From an uncultured delta proteobacterium (lineage in GTDB: Bacteria; Myxococcota_A; Polyangia; DRWM01; JAAZOP01): DNA of 57,544 nucleotides. The stretch covers positions 1-57,544 of the forward strand of contig CAMTWF010000109.1 in NCBI GenBank assembly GCA_947085355.1, given 5' to 3'. This document shows, piece by piece, positions 32,731-41,864 of the stretch; position 1 is the first letter of the stretch; each line of letters opens with the position of its first letter. The notes beneath the pieces were generated by a model, which did not search any database, was not told the origin of the DNA, and saw only the letters and a list, made by a program, of their open reading frames with translations. Made by a program: the position numbers and the translations under genes.

Positions 32731-33717
32731 ATGTCCGTCGCCGCTGATCGGGCGGAAGGGCCCCTGCTTCGCGTCCGCGATCTAGTCACGGTCTTCGACA
32801 CGGATGGGGGACCCCTGGTTGCGGTGGACCGCGTCTCGTTCGACGTGGGGCGCAGCGAGGCGGTCGCGATCGTCGGCGAGTCCGGCTGCGGCAAGAGCGT
32901 CACGGCGCTGTCGATCCTCCGGCTGCTGGACCCTCCGGGGCGCATCGCATCGGGTTCGATCGAGTTCGAGGGGCGCGACCTGACGGCGCTGACGGAGAAG
33001 GAGATGCGGTCCGTGCGCGGGACCCGCATCGCAATGATCTTCCAGGAGCCGATGACGTCGCTGAACCCGGTGATGACCGTGGGCGATCAGGTCATGGAGG
33101 TCTTCCGCGTGCACCAGGGGCTCGATCGCCGGTCGGCGCGGCTGCGGACGATCGAGCTGTTCACCATGGTCGGGATTCCGGGCGCCGAGGATCGGATCGG
33201 CCAGTATCCGCACCAGCTCTCCGGCGGGATGCGCCAGCGGGTCATGATCGCCATGGCCCTGGCGCTCCGACCGGCGATCGTCATCGCCGACGAGCCGACG
33301 ACGGCGCTGGATGTCACCATCCAGGCCCAGATCCTCGACCTGCTGGAGAAGCTCCGGCACGACCTGCGGACCGCCCTGCTGCTCATCACGCACGACCTGG
33401 CGGTGGTCGCGGAGACGGTGCAGCGCGTCGTCGTGATGTACGCGGGTCAGGTCGTCGAGGCGGCGCCGGTGCGCGAGATCTTCGCCGAACCGAAACACCC
33501 GTACATGCAGGGGCTGCTCGCGTCGATCCCGCGGCCGGACGATCCCCGCGACCGGCCGCTGCGGGCGATACCCGGAACCGTCCCCGACCCGCGCAGGCCG
33601 CCCGCCGGGTGCCGCTTCAGGGAGCGGTGCCCGCGCGCGTTCGACCGCTGCGTCGAGCCGCCGCCGGCGATCGAGACGGGGCCGGGGCGCGTCGTGCGCT
33701 GCTTCCTGTACGCGTGA
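32731..33717 (+). CDS. ABC transporter ATP-binding protein, oligopeptide/dipeptide (OppD/DppD) type
   Basis: [10 protein letters not shown] (Walker A), [15 protein letters not shown] (signature), [12 protein letters not shown] (Walker B), and the C-terminal PxGCxFxxRCP oligopeptide-type motif ([11 protein letters not shown]). Confidence 0.92.
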   Translation: MSVAADRAEGPLLRVRDLVTVFDTDGGPLVAVDRVSFDVGRSEAVAIVGESGCGKSVTALSILRLLDPPGRIASGSIEFEGRDLTALTEKEMRSVRGTRIAMIFQEPMTSLNPVMTVGDQVMEVFRVHQGLDRRSARLRTIELFTMVGIPGAEDRIGQYPHQLSGGMRQRVMIAMALALRPAIVIADEPTTALDVTIQAQILDLLEKLRHDLRTALLLITHDLAVVAETVQRVVVMYAGQVVEAAPVREIFAEPKHPYMQGLLASIPRPDDPRDRPLRAIPGTVPDPRRPPAGCRFRERCPRAFDRCVEPPPAIETGPGRVVRCFLYA

Positions 33718-33732
33718 GGCACACGGGCATGG

Positions 33733-33788
33733 CAATCGGCAGTCAGCAATCAGCAGTCGGCAATCCGCAATCCGTAATCCCCAATCCC
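33733..33788. repeat. Degenerate heptamer array (CARTCNG -> YAATCCC) x 8 in the oppD-oppF spacer
   Basis: caatcgg cagtcag caatcag cagtcgg caatccg caatccg taatccc caatccc. Confidence 0.9.
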
Positions 33789-33791
33789 CTC

Positions 33792-34766
<975 letters not shown>

Positions 34767-34812
34767 GAGGTGTGACACCGCCGCCGCGTTCAGTACGGCG
34801 CTCCGGATGAAT

Positions 34813-34874
34813 CACCGCAGAGACCGCAGAGGGCGCAGAGAATGGTCTCTGTGTTCTCTGCGTGCTCCGCGGTG
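34813..34874. repeat. CACAGAG/CTCTGTG-family inverted heptamer hairpin between the convergent oppF and lysA genes (terminator-like)
   Basis: caccgcagagaccgcagagggcgcagaga - atgg - tctctgtgttctctgcgtgctccgcggtg. The arms are imperfectly complementary, and several mismatches would be G:U pairs in RNA. Confidence 0.85.
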
Positions 34875-34917
34875 ACCAATATCGTCGCGCCGTGCGACGA
34901 AGTTCGGGGGTAGTAGA

Positions 34918-36144
34918 TCAGACCTGGCGCCCCAGCATGTCCCGCAGCGTCTCGCGGCGGCGGATCAGCCTCGCCCGGCCGCGCCGCACGAGCACCTCGG
35001 CCGGTCGCGGCCTCGAGTTGTACTGCATGCTCATCGAGAAGCCGTACGCCCCGGCGCCCAGCACGGCCGCGACGTCGCCCTCCCGGAACCGCGTCATCTC
35101 CCGGCCGTGCGTGAACAGATCGCCGCTCTCGCAGACGTTGCCGCACACCGCCGCGAACTCCGTCGGCCCGCGCACGCGGCTCGCGTTCACGATCTCGTGG
35201 TGCGCCCCGTACAGCGAGTGCCTCACGAGATGGTTGAAGCCGGAATCGGTGCCGACGAAGACGCGCCCCGGCGTGCGCTTGATCGCCGTGACGCCGGCCA
35301 GCAGCACGCCCGACTCCGCCACGACGTACCTGCCGGGCTCCAGGACCAGCTCCAACTCGCGGCCGTAGCGCCGGCAGAACCGGGCGAAGCGCGCCGACAG
35401 AAGGCGCCCGAGGCGCGCGACGTCGAGCGGCTTCTGTCCCGGCGAGTACGGCACGCCCAGCCCGCCGCCGGCGTCGAGGAACTCCAGGCCGACCCAGCCC
35501 GCGGCCACGCCGAGGAGCACCTCCATCGCGTCGAGGAAGACCTCGGCATCGAGGATCCCGGACCCCACGTGCTGGTGGAGCCCCACGATGCGCAGGCCGC
35601 GCCGGCGCGCGATCCGCCTGGCCTCCGCAAGCTGGTCGATCCAGATCCCGAACTTGCTCTCGGGACCACCCGTGATGACGTGGTCGTGGTGCCCCTCCCC
35701 CACGTCCGGGTTGACGCGCAGCGCGACGGGTAGGCCGGGGGCGAGCCTGCCGACGCGATCGATCTGCGGAATCGAGTCCAACGCGATCCGCACGCCGCGC
35801 CGGATCGCGTAGCGGAGTTCGTCGTCGCCCGCGTTGTTGCCGGTGTACCAGACGTCGGCCGGACGGAAGCCGGCGCGCAGGGCGAGGAATATCTCGCCCG
35901 GCGATACGGCGTCGATGCCGAGCCCTTCGGATCGCACGACGCGGAGGATCGCCAGGTTGGAGTTCGCCTTGCACGAATACAGCACGCGGCTCCGGGGCCA
36001 CGTCAGCGCGGCCCGCAGGGCGCGCGCCCTCTCCCTGACGACGTCCTCGTCGTAGGCGTACAGCGGGCTGCCGAAGTGGCGCACGAGCGCCTCGCAGGAG
36101 AGGCCGCCCCAGTAGAGCTTGTTGCGCCGTACGTCCGGCCTCAT
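34918..36144 (-). CDS. lysA: Diaminopimelate decarboxylase
   Basis: SPLYAYDE, YSCKANSN (PLP lysine), VSPGE, HHDHVITGG..SKFG, GLHQHVGSG, DAGGGLGV.Y, EPGR, CGNVCESGD. ATG 36144 forms an ATGA overlap with ask. Confidence 0.93.
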   Translation of the reverse strand: MRPDVRRNKLYWGGLSCEALVRHFGSPLYAYDEDVVRERARALRAALTWPRSRVLYSCKANSNLAILRVVRSEGLGIDAVSPGEIFLALRAGFRPADVWYTGNNAGDDELRYAIRRGVRIALDSIPQIDRVGRLAPGLPVALRVNPDVGEGHHDHVITGGPESKFGIWIDQLAEARRIARRRGLRIVGLHQHVGSGILDAEVFLDAMEVLLGVAAGWVGLEFLDAGGGLGVPYSPGQKPLDVARLGRLLSARFARFCRRYGRELELVLEPGRYVVAESGVLLAGVTAIKRTPGRVFVGTDSGFNHLVRHSLYGAHHEIVNASRVRGPTEFAAVCGNVCESGDLFTHGREMTRFREGDVAAVLGAGAYGFSMSMQYNSRPRPAEVLVRRGRARLIRRRETLRDMLGRQV

Positions 36145-37559
36145 CGGGGCGCTCCGGCGCAAACGTCCCGAGCGGCTCTGTCGCGAGGTTCCGCGGGGGT
36201 CCGGGGGGCGGTGAGGCGCCCGGCGCCGAACAGCCCCCCGGCGCGGGCGCGGAAGAACCGGCGGTGCAGCGCACGGACGGCGCCGTCGGCCTGGTCGCCG
36301 CGGACGACGAACGAGATGTTCAGCTTCGACGCGCCCTGCGAGATCATCTCGACGTTGATCCCCTCGCGGCCGAGCGTGGAGAAGACCTTGCCGGCGAGGC
36401 CCGGGACCTGCCCGAGGCCCTCGCCGACGACGCAGACGACCGCTCGGTCGCGGTTGATGCGGACCTGCGCGAAGCGACGGATCTCCCGCACCGCCTCGCG
36501 GAGGCGATCGCCGCGATCCACCGTCATCGAGACGGAGACCTCCGACGTGGACACCAGGTCCACGACCACGCCGCGGTCGGCCACGACCTGGAACAGGCGG
36601 GCCAGGAAACCGTGGGCCAGCAGCATCCTGGTCGAGACGACGTCGACGACGATGATGTGCTTCTTGGACGCGATCGCCTTGACGACGCCACGGGAGCGGG
36701 TCGCGGCGCGGGTGATCAGCGTTCCCGGGTGCGCCGGGTCGCCCGTGTTCAGCACCCGCACGGGGATCTCCGCGGCCATCGCCGGCAGGAGCGTCTTGGG
36801 GTGCAGCACCTTCGCCCCGAAATACGCCAGCTCGGCGGCCTCCGCGAACGACAGCCGCTCGATCGTCCGCGCTTCCGGCGCCACCCGCGGATCGGCGCTC
36901 ATCACGCCGCTCACGTCGGTCCAGATCTCCACCTCCTCGGCCCCGAGCGCTGCGGCGAGGATCGCGGCCGTGTAGTCGGAGCCGCCGCGGCCGAGCGTCG
37001 TCGGCCTGCCGTCGCGCGTGCGGCCGATGAAGCCGGTGACCACCGGGACGCCGGGGCGGCGGCGCAAGCCGCGCCGCAACGCGGGATACGCCTCGGGCAG
37101 CGGCTCGGCCTCGCCGAAGGCCGCGTCGGTCACCAGCCCGGCGTCGCCGGCCGGCGCCGCGGCGGCCTCGACTCCCGCCGAATGGAGAGCGCCGGCCACG
37201 AGGTGCGCCGACAGACGCTCGCCGAACGAGACGATCCGGTCGCGATCCGCCGCCGACGACCCGCGGCGCCCGCGCACCGCCGCCAGCGCAGCCTCCATCC
37301 CGCGAGCCTCGCCGCGCACGTCCTGGAGCGGCAGGCCGAGGTCGCGGGCCGCGGCGAGGTGCCTCGCCGCGATCGATCCGCCGGCGCCGCGGCCGCGCGA
37401 GGCGCGCTCCCAGGCGGCGATCAGCGCGTCGGTCACGCCCGCCATGGCGCTGACGACGACCACGGGCCGCCGCTCCAGCCGCGACCGCACGATCCCGACC
37501 GCCGCGCGGATGCTCCGTGCGTCGCCGACCGACGTCCCCCCGAACTTCATCACGATCAT
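36141..37559 (-). CDS. ask: Aspartate kinase
   Basis: MIVMKFGGTSVGD ... VVVVSAMAGVTD ... GGSDYTAAILAAALGAEEVEIWTDVSGVMSADPR ... two C-terminal ACT-like repeats. ATG 37559 follows GGAAGGAGG. Confidence 0.93.
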   Translation of the reverse strand: MIVMKFGGTSVGDARSIRAAVGIVRSRLERRPVVVVSAMAGVTDALIAAWERASRGRGAGGSIAARHLAAARDLGLPLQDVRGEARGMEAALAAVRGRRGSSAADRDRIVSFGERLSAHLVAGALHSAGVEAAAAPAGDAGLVTDAAFGEAEPLPEAYPALRRGLRRRPGVPVVTGFIGRTRDGRPTTLGRGGSDYTAAILAAALGAEEVEIWTDVSGVMSADPRVAPEARTIERLSFAEAAELAYFGAKVLHPKTLLPAMAAEIPVRVLNTGDPAHPGTLITRAATRSRGVVKAIASKKHIIVVDVVSTRMLLAHGFLARLFQVVADRGVVVDLVSTSEVSVSMTVDRGDRLREAVREIRRFAQVRINRDRAVVCVVGEGLGQVPGLAGKVFSTLGREGINVEMISQGASKLNISFVVRGDQADGAVRALHRRFFRARAGGLFGAGRLTAPRTPAEPRDRAARDVCAGAPR

Positions 37560-37582
37560 GCGGCCCCTCCTTCCGCTTCTCC

Positions 37583-37695
37583 GTGAACGCGCCCGAGCCC
37601 GCGCCCGCACCTATCTCTGCGTCTTGCTCCGCGAGACCGGGCGCGGGCTCGGGCGCGTTCACGGGATGAAACCTGAAAAACCGGGGGGCGGCAAG
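37583..37695 (-). promoter_or_regulatory. Dispersed leader element, copy 2 (upstream of ask-lysA): TTGCCG-N17-TTTCAT module plus a perfect 25-bp inverted repeat
   Basis: On the minus strand: TTGCCG (37694-37689), 17-nt spacer, TTTCAT (37671-37666). Then arms 37662-37638 and 37607-37583 (gtgaacgcgcccgagcccgcgcccg and its exact complement) with a 30-nt loop. It ends 24 nt before the ask ATG. Confidence 0.55.
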
Positions 37696-37751
37696 GTGGT
37701 GACGCCGGGGCGGGTCGTGCTATGCGTTCGCGGCTGGTGCAAGGAGGGACG

Positions 37752-38723
37752 ATGAACGCACCGATCGACACGCTGTTGCTGCTGGCGCTGCCGGCCTCGG
37801 GCAAGTCCGAGGTGCGGCGCTACATCGCGTCGCTTCCGGCGGACCGCTGCCGCCGCGACTTCCACCTCGGCCCGACCGTGCAGATCGACGACTTCCCCTA
37901 CGTCCACCTGATGCGGCGCGCCGACGACGAGTCGGCCGCCGCCGGCAGGCCCAGGGTCTTCTTCGAGTCGCCCGGGAGATCGTTCCGCGACCCGCGCGAC
38001 TGGGGGACGCTGATCGAACTGATCAACCGGGATCACGCGGCGCTGACGGCGCCGCCCGCCGCGCCGCCGCGCGCCGAAGGCGACCATCTCCTGCGACGGC
38101 TCGACGATGCGGCGGAGGCGGCCGGCATCGCCCGGCGTCTCGATGCGCTCGATCCCCCCGTCCGCGAGGCCCTCGCAGCCTCGCTTGATGCGGAGGCCGG
38201 CGCGCTCGCCGCGGACCTTCGGGCCGCCCGCCCGGAGACGCTCGAAGGAAGGACGGTCGTGATCGAGTTCGCCCGCGGCGGCCCGCGAGGGGCCACGATG
38301 CCGCTGTCCCCGCCGCTGGGCTACGCCTACTCCCTGGGCATGCTGTCGCCGGCGATCCTGGAGCGGGCCGTCGTGCTGTACGTCTGGGTGACGCCGGAGG
38401 AGTCGCGCCGCAGGAACCGCGAGCGCGCCGACCCGAACGACCCCGGATCGATCCTGCACCACGGCGTTCCCGAGGAGGTCATGCTGGCCGACTACGGGTG
38501 CGACGACATGGAGTGGCTGATCGGGCGGTCGGACCGGCCCGGCATGATGCGCGTGGAGGCCCACGGCAGGTCGTATCGCCTCCCGGTGGCGCGTTTCGAC
38601 AACCGGGTGGACCGCACCTCGTTCGTGAGGCGCGATCCTTCCACGTGGACGGCGGCCGAGGTCGAATCGCTGCACGGCGCCCTCGCGGAGGCCCTCGCCG
38701 GCCTTGCGGCGACGGAGCGGTGA
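37752..38723 (+). CDS. Hypothetical P-loop kinase-like protein (Walker-A-like LALPASGKSE)
   Basis: ATG 37752 follows AAGGAGGGA. LLLLALPASGKSEVRRYI resembles the GLPARGKT loop of 6-phosphofructo-2-kinase-type kinases. There is no firm family call. Confidence 0.6.
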   Translation: MNAPIDTLLLLALPASGKSEVRRYIASLPADRCRRDFHLGPTVQIDDFPYVHLMRRADDESAAAGRPRVFFESPGRSFRDPRDWGTLIELINRDHAALTAPPAAPPRAEGDHLLRRLDDAAEAAGIARRLDALDPPVREALAASLDAEAGALAADLRAARPETLEGRTVVIEFARGGPRGATMPLSPPLGYAYSLGMLSPAILERAVVLYVWVTPEESRRRNRERADPNDPGSILHHGVPEEVMLADYGCDDMEWLIGRSDRPGMMRVEAHGRSYRLPVARFDNRVDRTSFVRRDPSTWTAAEVESLHGALAEALAGLAATER

Positions 38724-38758
38724 GGACCCGAGCGGTTCGTGGGCGGCGTCCCGGAAGC

Positions 38759-38786
38759 TTGCCGCGGGCGGATCGGGGAGTATCCT
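38759..38786 (+). promoter_or_regulatory. Candidate sigma-70-type promoter TTGCCG-N16-TATCCT upstream of the lipoprotein gene
   Basis: ttgccg at 38759-38764 and tatcct at 38781-38786, 57 nt before ATG 38843. The -35 hexamer matches that of the dispersed leader elements. Confidence 0.35.
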
Positions 38787-38842
38787 ACCGGCGTCGGCTC
38801 CGGGCGGGGGGGCTTGTTCGGGAGCCGGGGAGGTTGTGCGAG

Positions 38843-39775
38843 ATGTCCGGAATGAGACTTGTCCGGTTGTGCGCCGCGATCGCGGCCGTGTCCGCGGCGT
38901 CGGCGTGCGGCGGCGCTGAGAGCGATTGCAGCCCGGCGTGCCGTTCGGGCTACGAGTGCTTCCACGGCATCTGCCTGCCGGCTGCGGACGCCTCCGACGC
39001 GCCGGACGACGCGCCGCCCGGCCGGTGCAGCACGCACGCGGCGTGCGCCGACGGCAATCCATGCACGGCGGACCTGTGCGACGTCGACAGCGGCACGTGC
39101 TCGAACCCGATCGTCGCGGACGGGACGGCCTGCCCCGACGACGGCCGTGCCTGTACGCCGGACGTCTGCGCCGCGGGGGTCTGCACGCACCCCGAGGAGC
39201 CGCCGTACTGCTGCCGGTTCGGCTGGCAGTGCGACGACGGCGATCCGTGCACCGACGACGCGTGTGTCGAGGAGCAGTGCCGGCGCACGCCGCGCGACGG
39301 ATGCTGCACGCGGGACGCCGACTGCCTCGCGGACGGCCGGGAGTGGGAGTGCAACGCCGCGACGACGACATGCTACGACCCGCCGGCCGGCGGGATCTGC
39401 GCGGCGTGCATCCGGCGCACGGACTGCGGCGACGGCGGCAGCTCGTCGGACGACTGGTGCGTCTACTACGGCGGCGCGACCGACGCCGGGTGTTCGAAGG
39501 ACTGCATCGACGACCTCGACTGCCCGAGCGCCACGCAGTGCGTCAGGGAGGGGAGGCCGTGCCGTCCGGCGGAGTCTGGCTGCTACTGCACGGTGCGCGT
39601 GGGCAACTGCAACGTCTACAACCGCTTCGGCGATCCGTGCGGCAACGATGCCTTCTGCCGCACGTGCTCCGGCTGCTCGGTCATGGTGTGCCGCGGCGGG
39701 TACTGCACGTGGCCGTGCACCGGCGACCGCGACTGCCGCTGGGGCTCCCGCTGCACGGACAACGTCTGCGCGTAG
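38843..39775 (+). CDS. Cysteine-rich secreted lipoprotein (310 aa)
   Basis: MSGMRLVRLCAAIAAVSAASAC lipobox, with ~40 Cys in DxCxxDxC / CxDDGDPCTDD-type motifs. The stop codon TAG (39773-39775) is contributed by the inserted MITE. Confidence 0.8.
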   Translation: MSGMRLVRLCAAIAAVSAASACGGAESDCSPACRSGYECFHGICLPAADASDAPDDAPPGRCSTHAACADGNPCTADLCDVDSGTCSNPIVADGTACPDDGRACTPDVCAAGVCTHPEEPPYCCRFGWQCDDGDPCTDDACVEEQCRRTPRDGCCTRDADCLADGREWECNAATTTCYDPPAGGICAACIRRTDCGDGGSSSDDWCVYYGGATDAGCSKDCIDDLDCPSATQCVREGRPCRPAESGCYCTVRVGNCNVYNRFGDPCGNDAFCRTCSGCSVMVCRGGYCTWPCTGDRDCRWGSRCTDNVCA

Positions 39776-41085
39776 CTTCTTAGCGCGGCGGCGCCGCAAC
39801 CAAAGGGAGTTGTCCGGGTGGCGCAGCGGCGCCGCCGCGCTAAGAAGTTACGTCTGCGCGAGGCCGTAGCCGCGAGGGCCGCGACCGCGGCGAGCGCCAA
39901 TCCGGCCCCGATCGGCGAGGACCGGCCGGCCGCGCGGCACCCGCAGCTCCCGGCATCGCTTCCCGCGCCGTTTCCGCCGTCGCCGCCGCCGCAGCTGGGC
40001 CCGGGCCCGTCGGCCTCGTACCGGGCAAGCGACTCGTACATGCCGCCGGCCCAGCCGACGTCGCGCGACGGGAAGTCCAGGACGATCAGCCGGGGGTACA
40101 CGGGAAACGGGAAGGGCAGGGGGATCCGCAGGCCGGACAGATCGACCTGGTTCCACGCCGCGCCGCGATCGGTCGTGTAGAACAGGCGCGTCTGCTCGTT
40201 GCGCTCGGCCAGCAGGAACCCCTCGCAGCGATCGAAGAAGAAGACGTCGAGGACGGCATCCGGAGCGCCGCCGGTCCCCTCGGGGATCGCCATCTCGCTC
40301 CACGCCGCGCCGCCGTTCGTCGTCCGCTCCAGTCGCGGCCCGGCCATCGAGGCGGACAGCATCCAGCCTTCGGTCGCGTTCAGCATGAAGACGCGCATGA
40401 CCGACCGCGTCTCGCCCCGGAAGATCGTCGTCCACGTCGCCCCGCCGTCGGTCGATCGCGCCAGCATCCCGTCCTCGTATCCGGTCACCTCGCCCGTTGA
40501 GGGATCCTCGACCGCGCTGCCGGCCCACAGCCAGACGCGACCGGCGCCGAGCGCCAGGACGCCGCCGTGATCGACGTCGGGAACCGGGGCGTCGGTCGGC
40601 GTCCAGGCGGCGCCGCCGTCGGTGGTCTTGCGCACCAGACCGGCCGAGCCGACGAAGAACCCGGTCGACTCGTCGGCGAACGAGACCCCGGTGACGAGCG
40701 GGCCGCGCATGGGTCCCCATTCGGTCTCCGCGTAGTGGGTCCACGTCGCGCCGCCGTCCGAGGTGACGTACAGCCTTCCCAGCGCCCCGACGTAGGCTTG
40801 CCGGGCCGACGTCATCTCCACCGCGAGGTACATCTCGATCGCGAACGGCCCGGGCGGGCCGGCCATCGGCCTGACCTGCGTCCACGAAGCGCCGCCGTCC
40901 GACGTCACGGCGACCACGGCCTCGGAGTTGCCGCCGCCCGTGTCGCGCACGCCGACCGCCATTGCGTGGTCGGCGTCCCAGGCCGAGATCCCGAAGAAGC
41001 CCTGATTCTGCCCCGTGCCGTTGGACTGGAGCGTCCAGCCCGCGGCGGCGACCGCGGGAAACGCCAGCACGACCGCGGCCGACAT
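39616..41085 (-). CDS. Secreted BNR/Asp-box repeat beta-propeller protein (Ycf48/sialidase-like) with a MYXO-CTERM-like tail
   Basis: Signal peptide MSAAVVLAFPAVAAAGW. Six SxDxGxxW boxes (SDGGASWTQ, SDGGATWTH, TDGGAAWTP, TDGGATWTT, TNGGAAWSE, TDRGAAWNQ). The tail reads GSCGCRAAG...GAGLALAAVAALAATASRRR. The frame has no stop until 39616, reading through the MITE and overlapping the convergent gene, so the true 3' end is uncertain. Confidence 0.75.
   Translation of the reverse strand: MSAAVVLAFPAVAAAGWTLQSNGTGQNQGFFGISAWDADHAMAVGVRDTGGGNSEAVVAVTSDGGASWTQVRPMAGPPGPFAIEMYLAVEMTSARQAYVGALGRLYVTSDGGATWTHYAETEWGPMRGPLVTGVSFADESTGFFVGSAGLVRKTTDGGAAWTPTDAPVPDVDHGGVLALGAGRVWLWAGSAVEDPSTGEVTGYEDGMLARSTDGGATWTTIFRGETRSVMRVFMLNATEGWMLSASMAGPRLERTTNGGAAWSEMAIPEGTGGAPDAVLDVFFFDRCEGFLLAERNEQTRLFYTTDRGAAWNQVDLSGLRIPLPFPFPVYPRLIVLDFPSRDVGWAGGMYESLARYEADGPGPSCGGGDGGNGAGSDAGSCGCRAAGRSSPIGAGLALAAVAALAATASRRRNFLARRRRCATRTTPFGCGAAALRSYAQTLSVQREPQRQSRSPVHGHVQYPPRHTMTEQPEHVRQKASLPHGSPKRL
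39773..39849. mobile_element. 77-bp MITE-like element: 22-bp perfect terminal inverted repeats, 28-nt loop, flanked by an 11-bp direct repeat (target-site duplication)
   Basis: TIRs are cttcttagcgcggcggcgccgc (39776-39797) and gcggcgccgccgcgctaagaag (39826-39847). The flanking direct repeats acgtctgcgcg lie at 39762-39772 and 39850-39860. Confidence 0.8.
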
Positions 41086-41130
41086 GGCCGCCGCTCCGGC
41101 GCCCCGGGACCGCCTCGGACGAATCGTGGC

Positions 41131-41229
41131 GCCGGCCAGAAAGCCGCCCTTGTCGACGTCGCCCCGGAAATCAACCACCAGCCGGGCGGCGCCCAGCATG
41201 TCCAGCAGCGCCCCGTCATCGCGCAACAT
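41131..41229 (-). pseudogene. Remnant of a HepT (DUF86) toxin N-terminus, truncated after ~33 codons and running in-frame into the BNR gene
   Basis: MLRDDGALLDMLGAARLVVDFRGDVDKGGFLAG has the HepT N-terminal pattern (rDd..lLdmL.aa..i..f..g.....Fl.d). It overlaps the MntA stop by 14 nt, as intact mntA-hepT pairs do. The catalytic RxxxH region is absent. Confidence 0.55.
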
Positions 41230-41530
41230 GGATCGGCTCCGCGCTCTCCAGGATCGCCCGGCGCCGGATCCAGTTCCGGCTGCGCTCGACCGCTCTCCTG
41301 GTTACCAGATCGACCTGCCGCCCGACGATCTGCGACACCTCGTCCTCCATCACTGCATGATCGAAGAGGTCCCAGTCGGCATCCGGCGCGAACGTCACCG
41401 GGATGTCCACGTCGCTGTCGGGCCCGAAGTCCTCGCGCAGGACCGATCCGAACAGTGACAGCTCGGCGATCTTCCACCGCGCGCAGAACGCGGCGATCTT
41501 CTCGCGATCGATCGGGATCGGGAACGGCAT
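41216..41530 (-). CDS. MntA-type nucleotidyltransferase (type VII TA antitoxin family)
   Basis: LSLFGSVLREDFGPDSDVDIPVTF is the GS-x10-DxD minimal nucleotidyltransferase motif. The protein is 104 aa. Confidence 0.85.
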   Translation of the reverse strand: MPFPIPIDREKIAAFCARWKIAELSLFGSVLREDFGPDSDVDIPVTFAPDADWDLFDHAVMEDEVSQIVGRQVDLVTRRAVERSRNWIRRRAILESAEPIHVAR

Positions 41531-41767
41531 CGCTTCCCCTCCTTCGCCTCCCCGGTGGCGAGTCTACCACGTCACGACCAATCCGCCGGGCCACACCCGG
41601 CCACACCCCGGCCACCCCGTCACCTTGCCCCCGATACCGGCAACGCCGCCCCGACTGCCGGAAACGGAAGGAGTTTGGAGATCCCCATCCGCCTTCGGCG
41701 GACCCCGAGGAATGGAACTTGCGCGGTCCAAGGATCACGGTCACTTGCGCGCGAGTTCCTTGGCAGT

Positions 41768-41816
41768 GCGGCGGCTTGCCGCCGCTTTCCCCCGCCGCAG
41801 CTTGCTGCGGCGGGGG
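41768..41816 (-). terminator. Two consecutive GC-rich tetraloop hairpins downstream of the lipoprotein gene (terminator-like, no U-tract)
   Basis: gcggcgg-cttg-ccgccgc (41768-41785) and cccccgccgcag-cttg-ctgcggcggggg (41789-41816). The stems are 7 and 12 bp, and both loops read CAAG on the transcribed strand. Confidence 0.4.
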
Positions 41817-41864
41817 GACTGCCATCCCGACGTTCCGTAGCGCGGGCGTGAATGAACGGTTACG

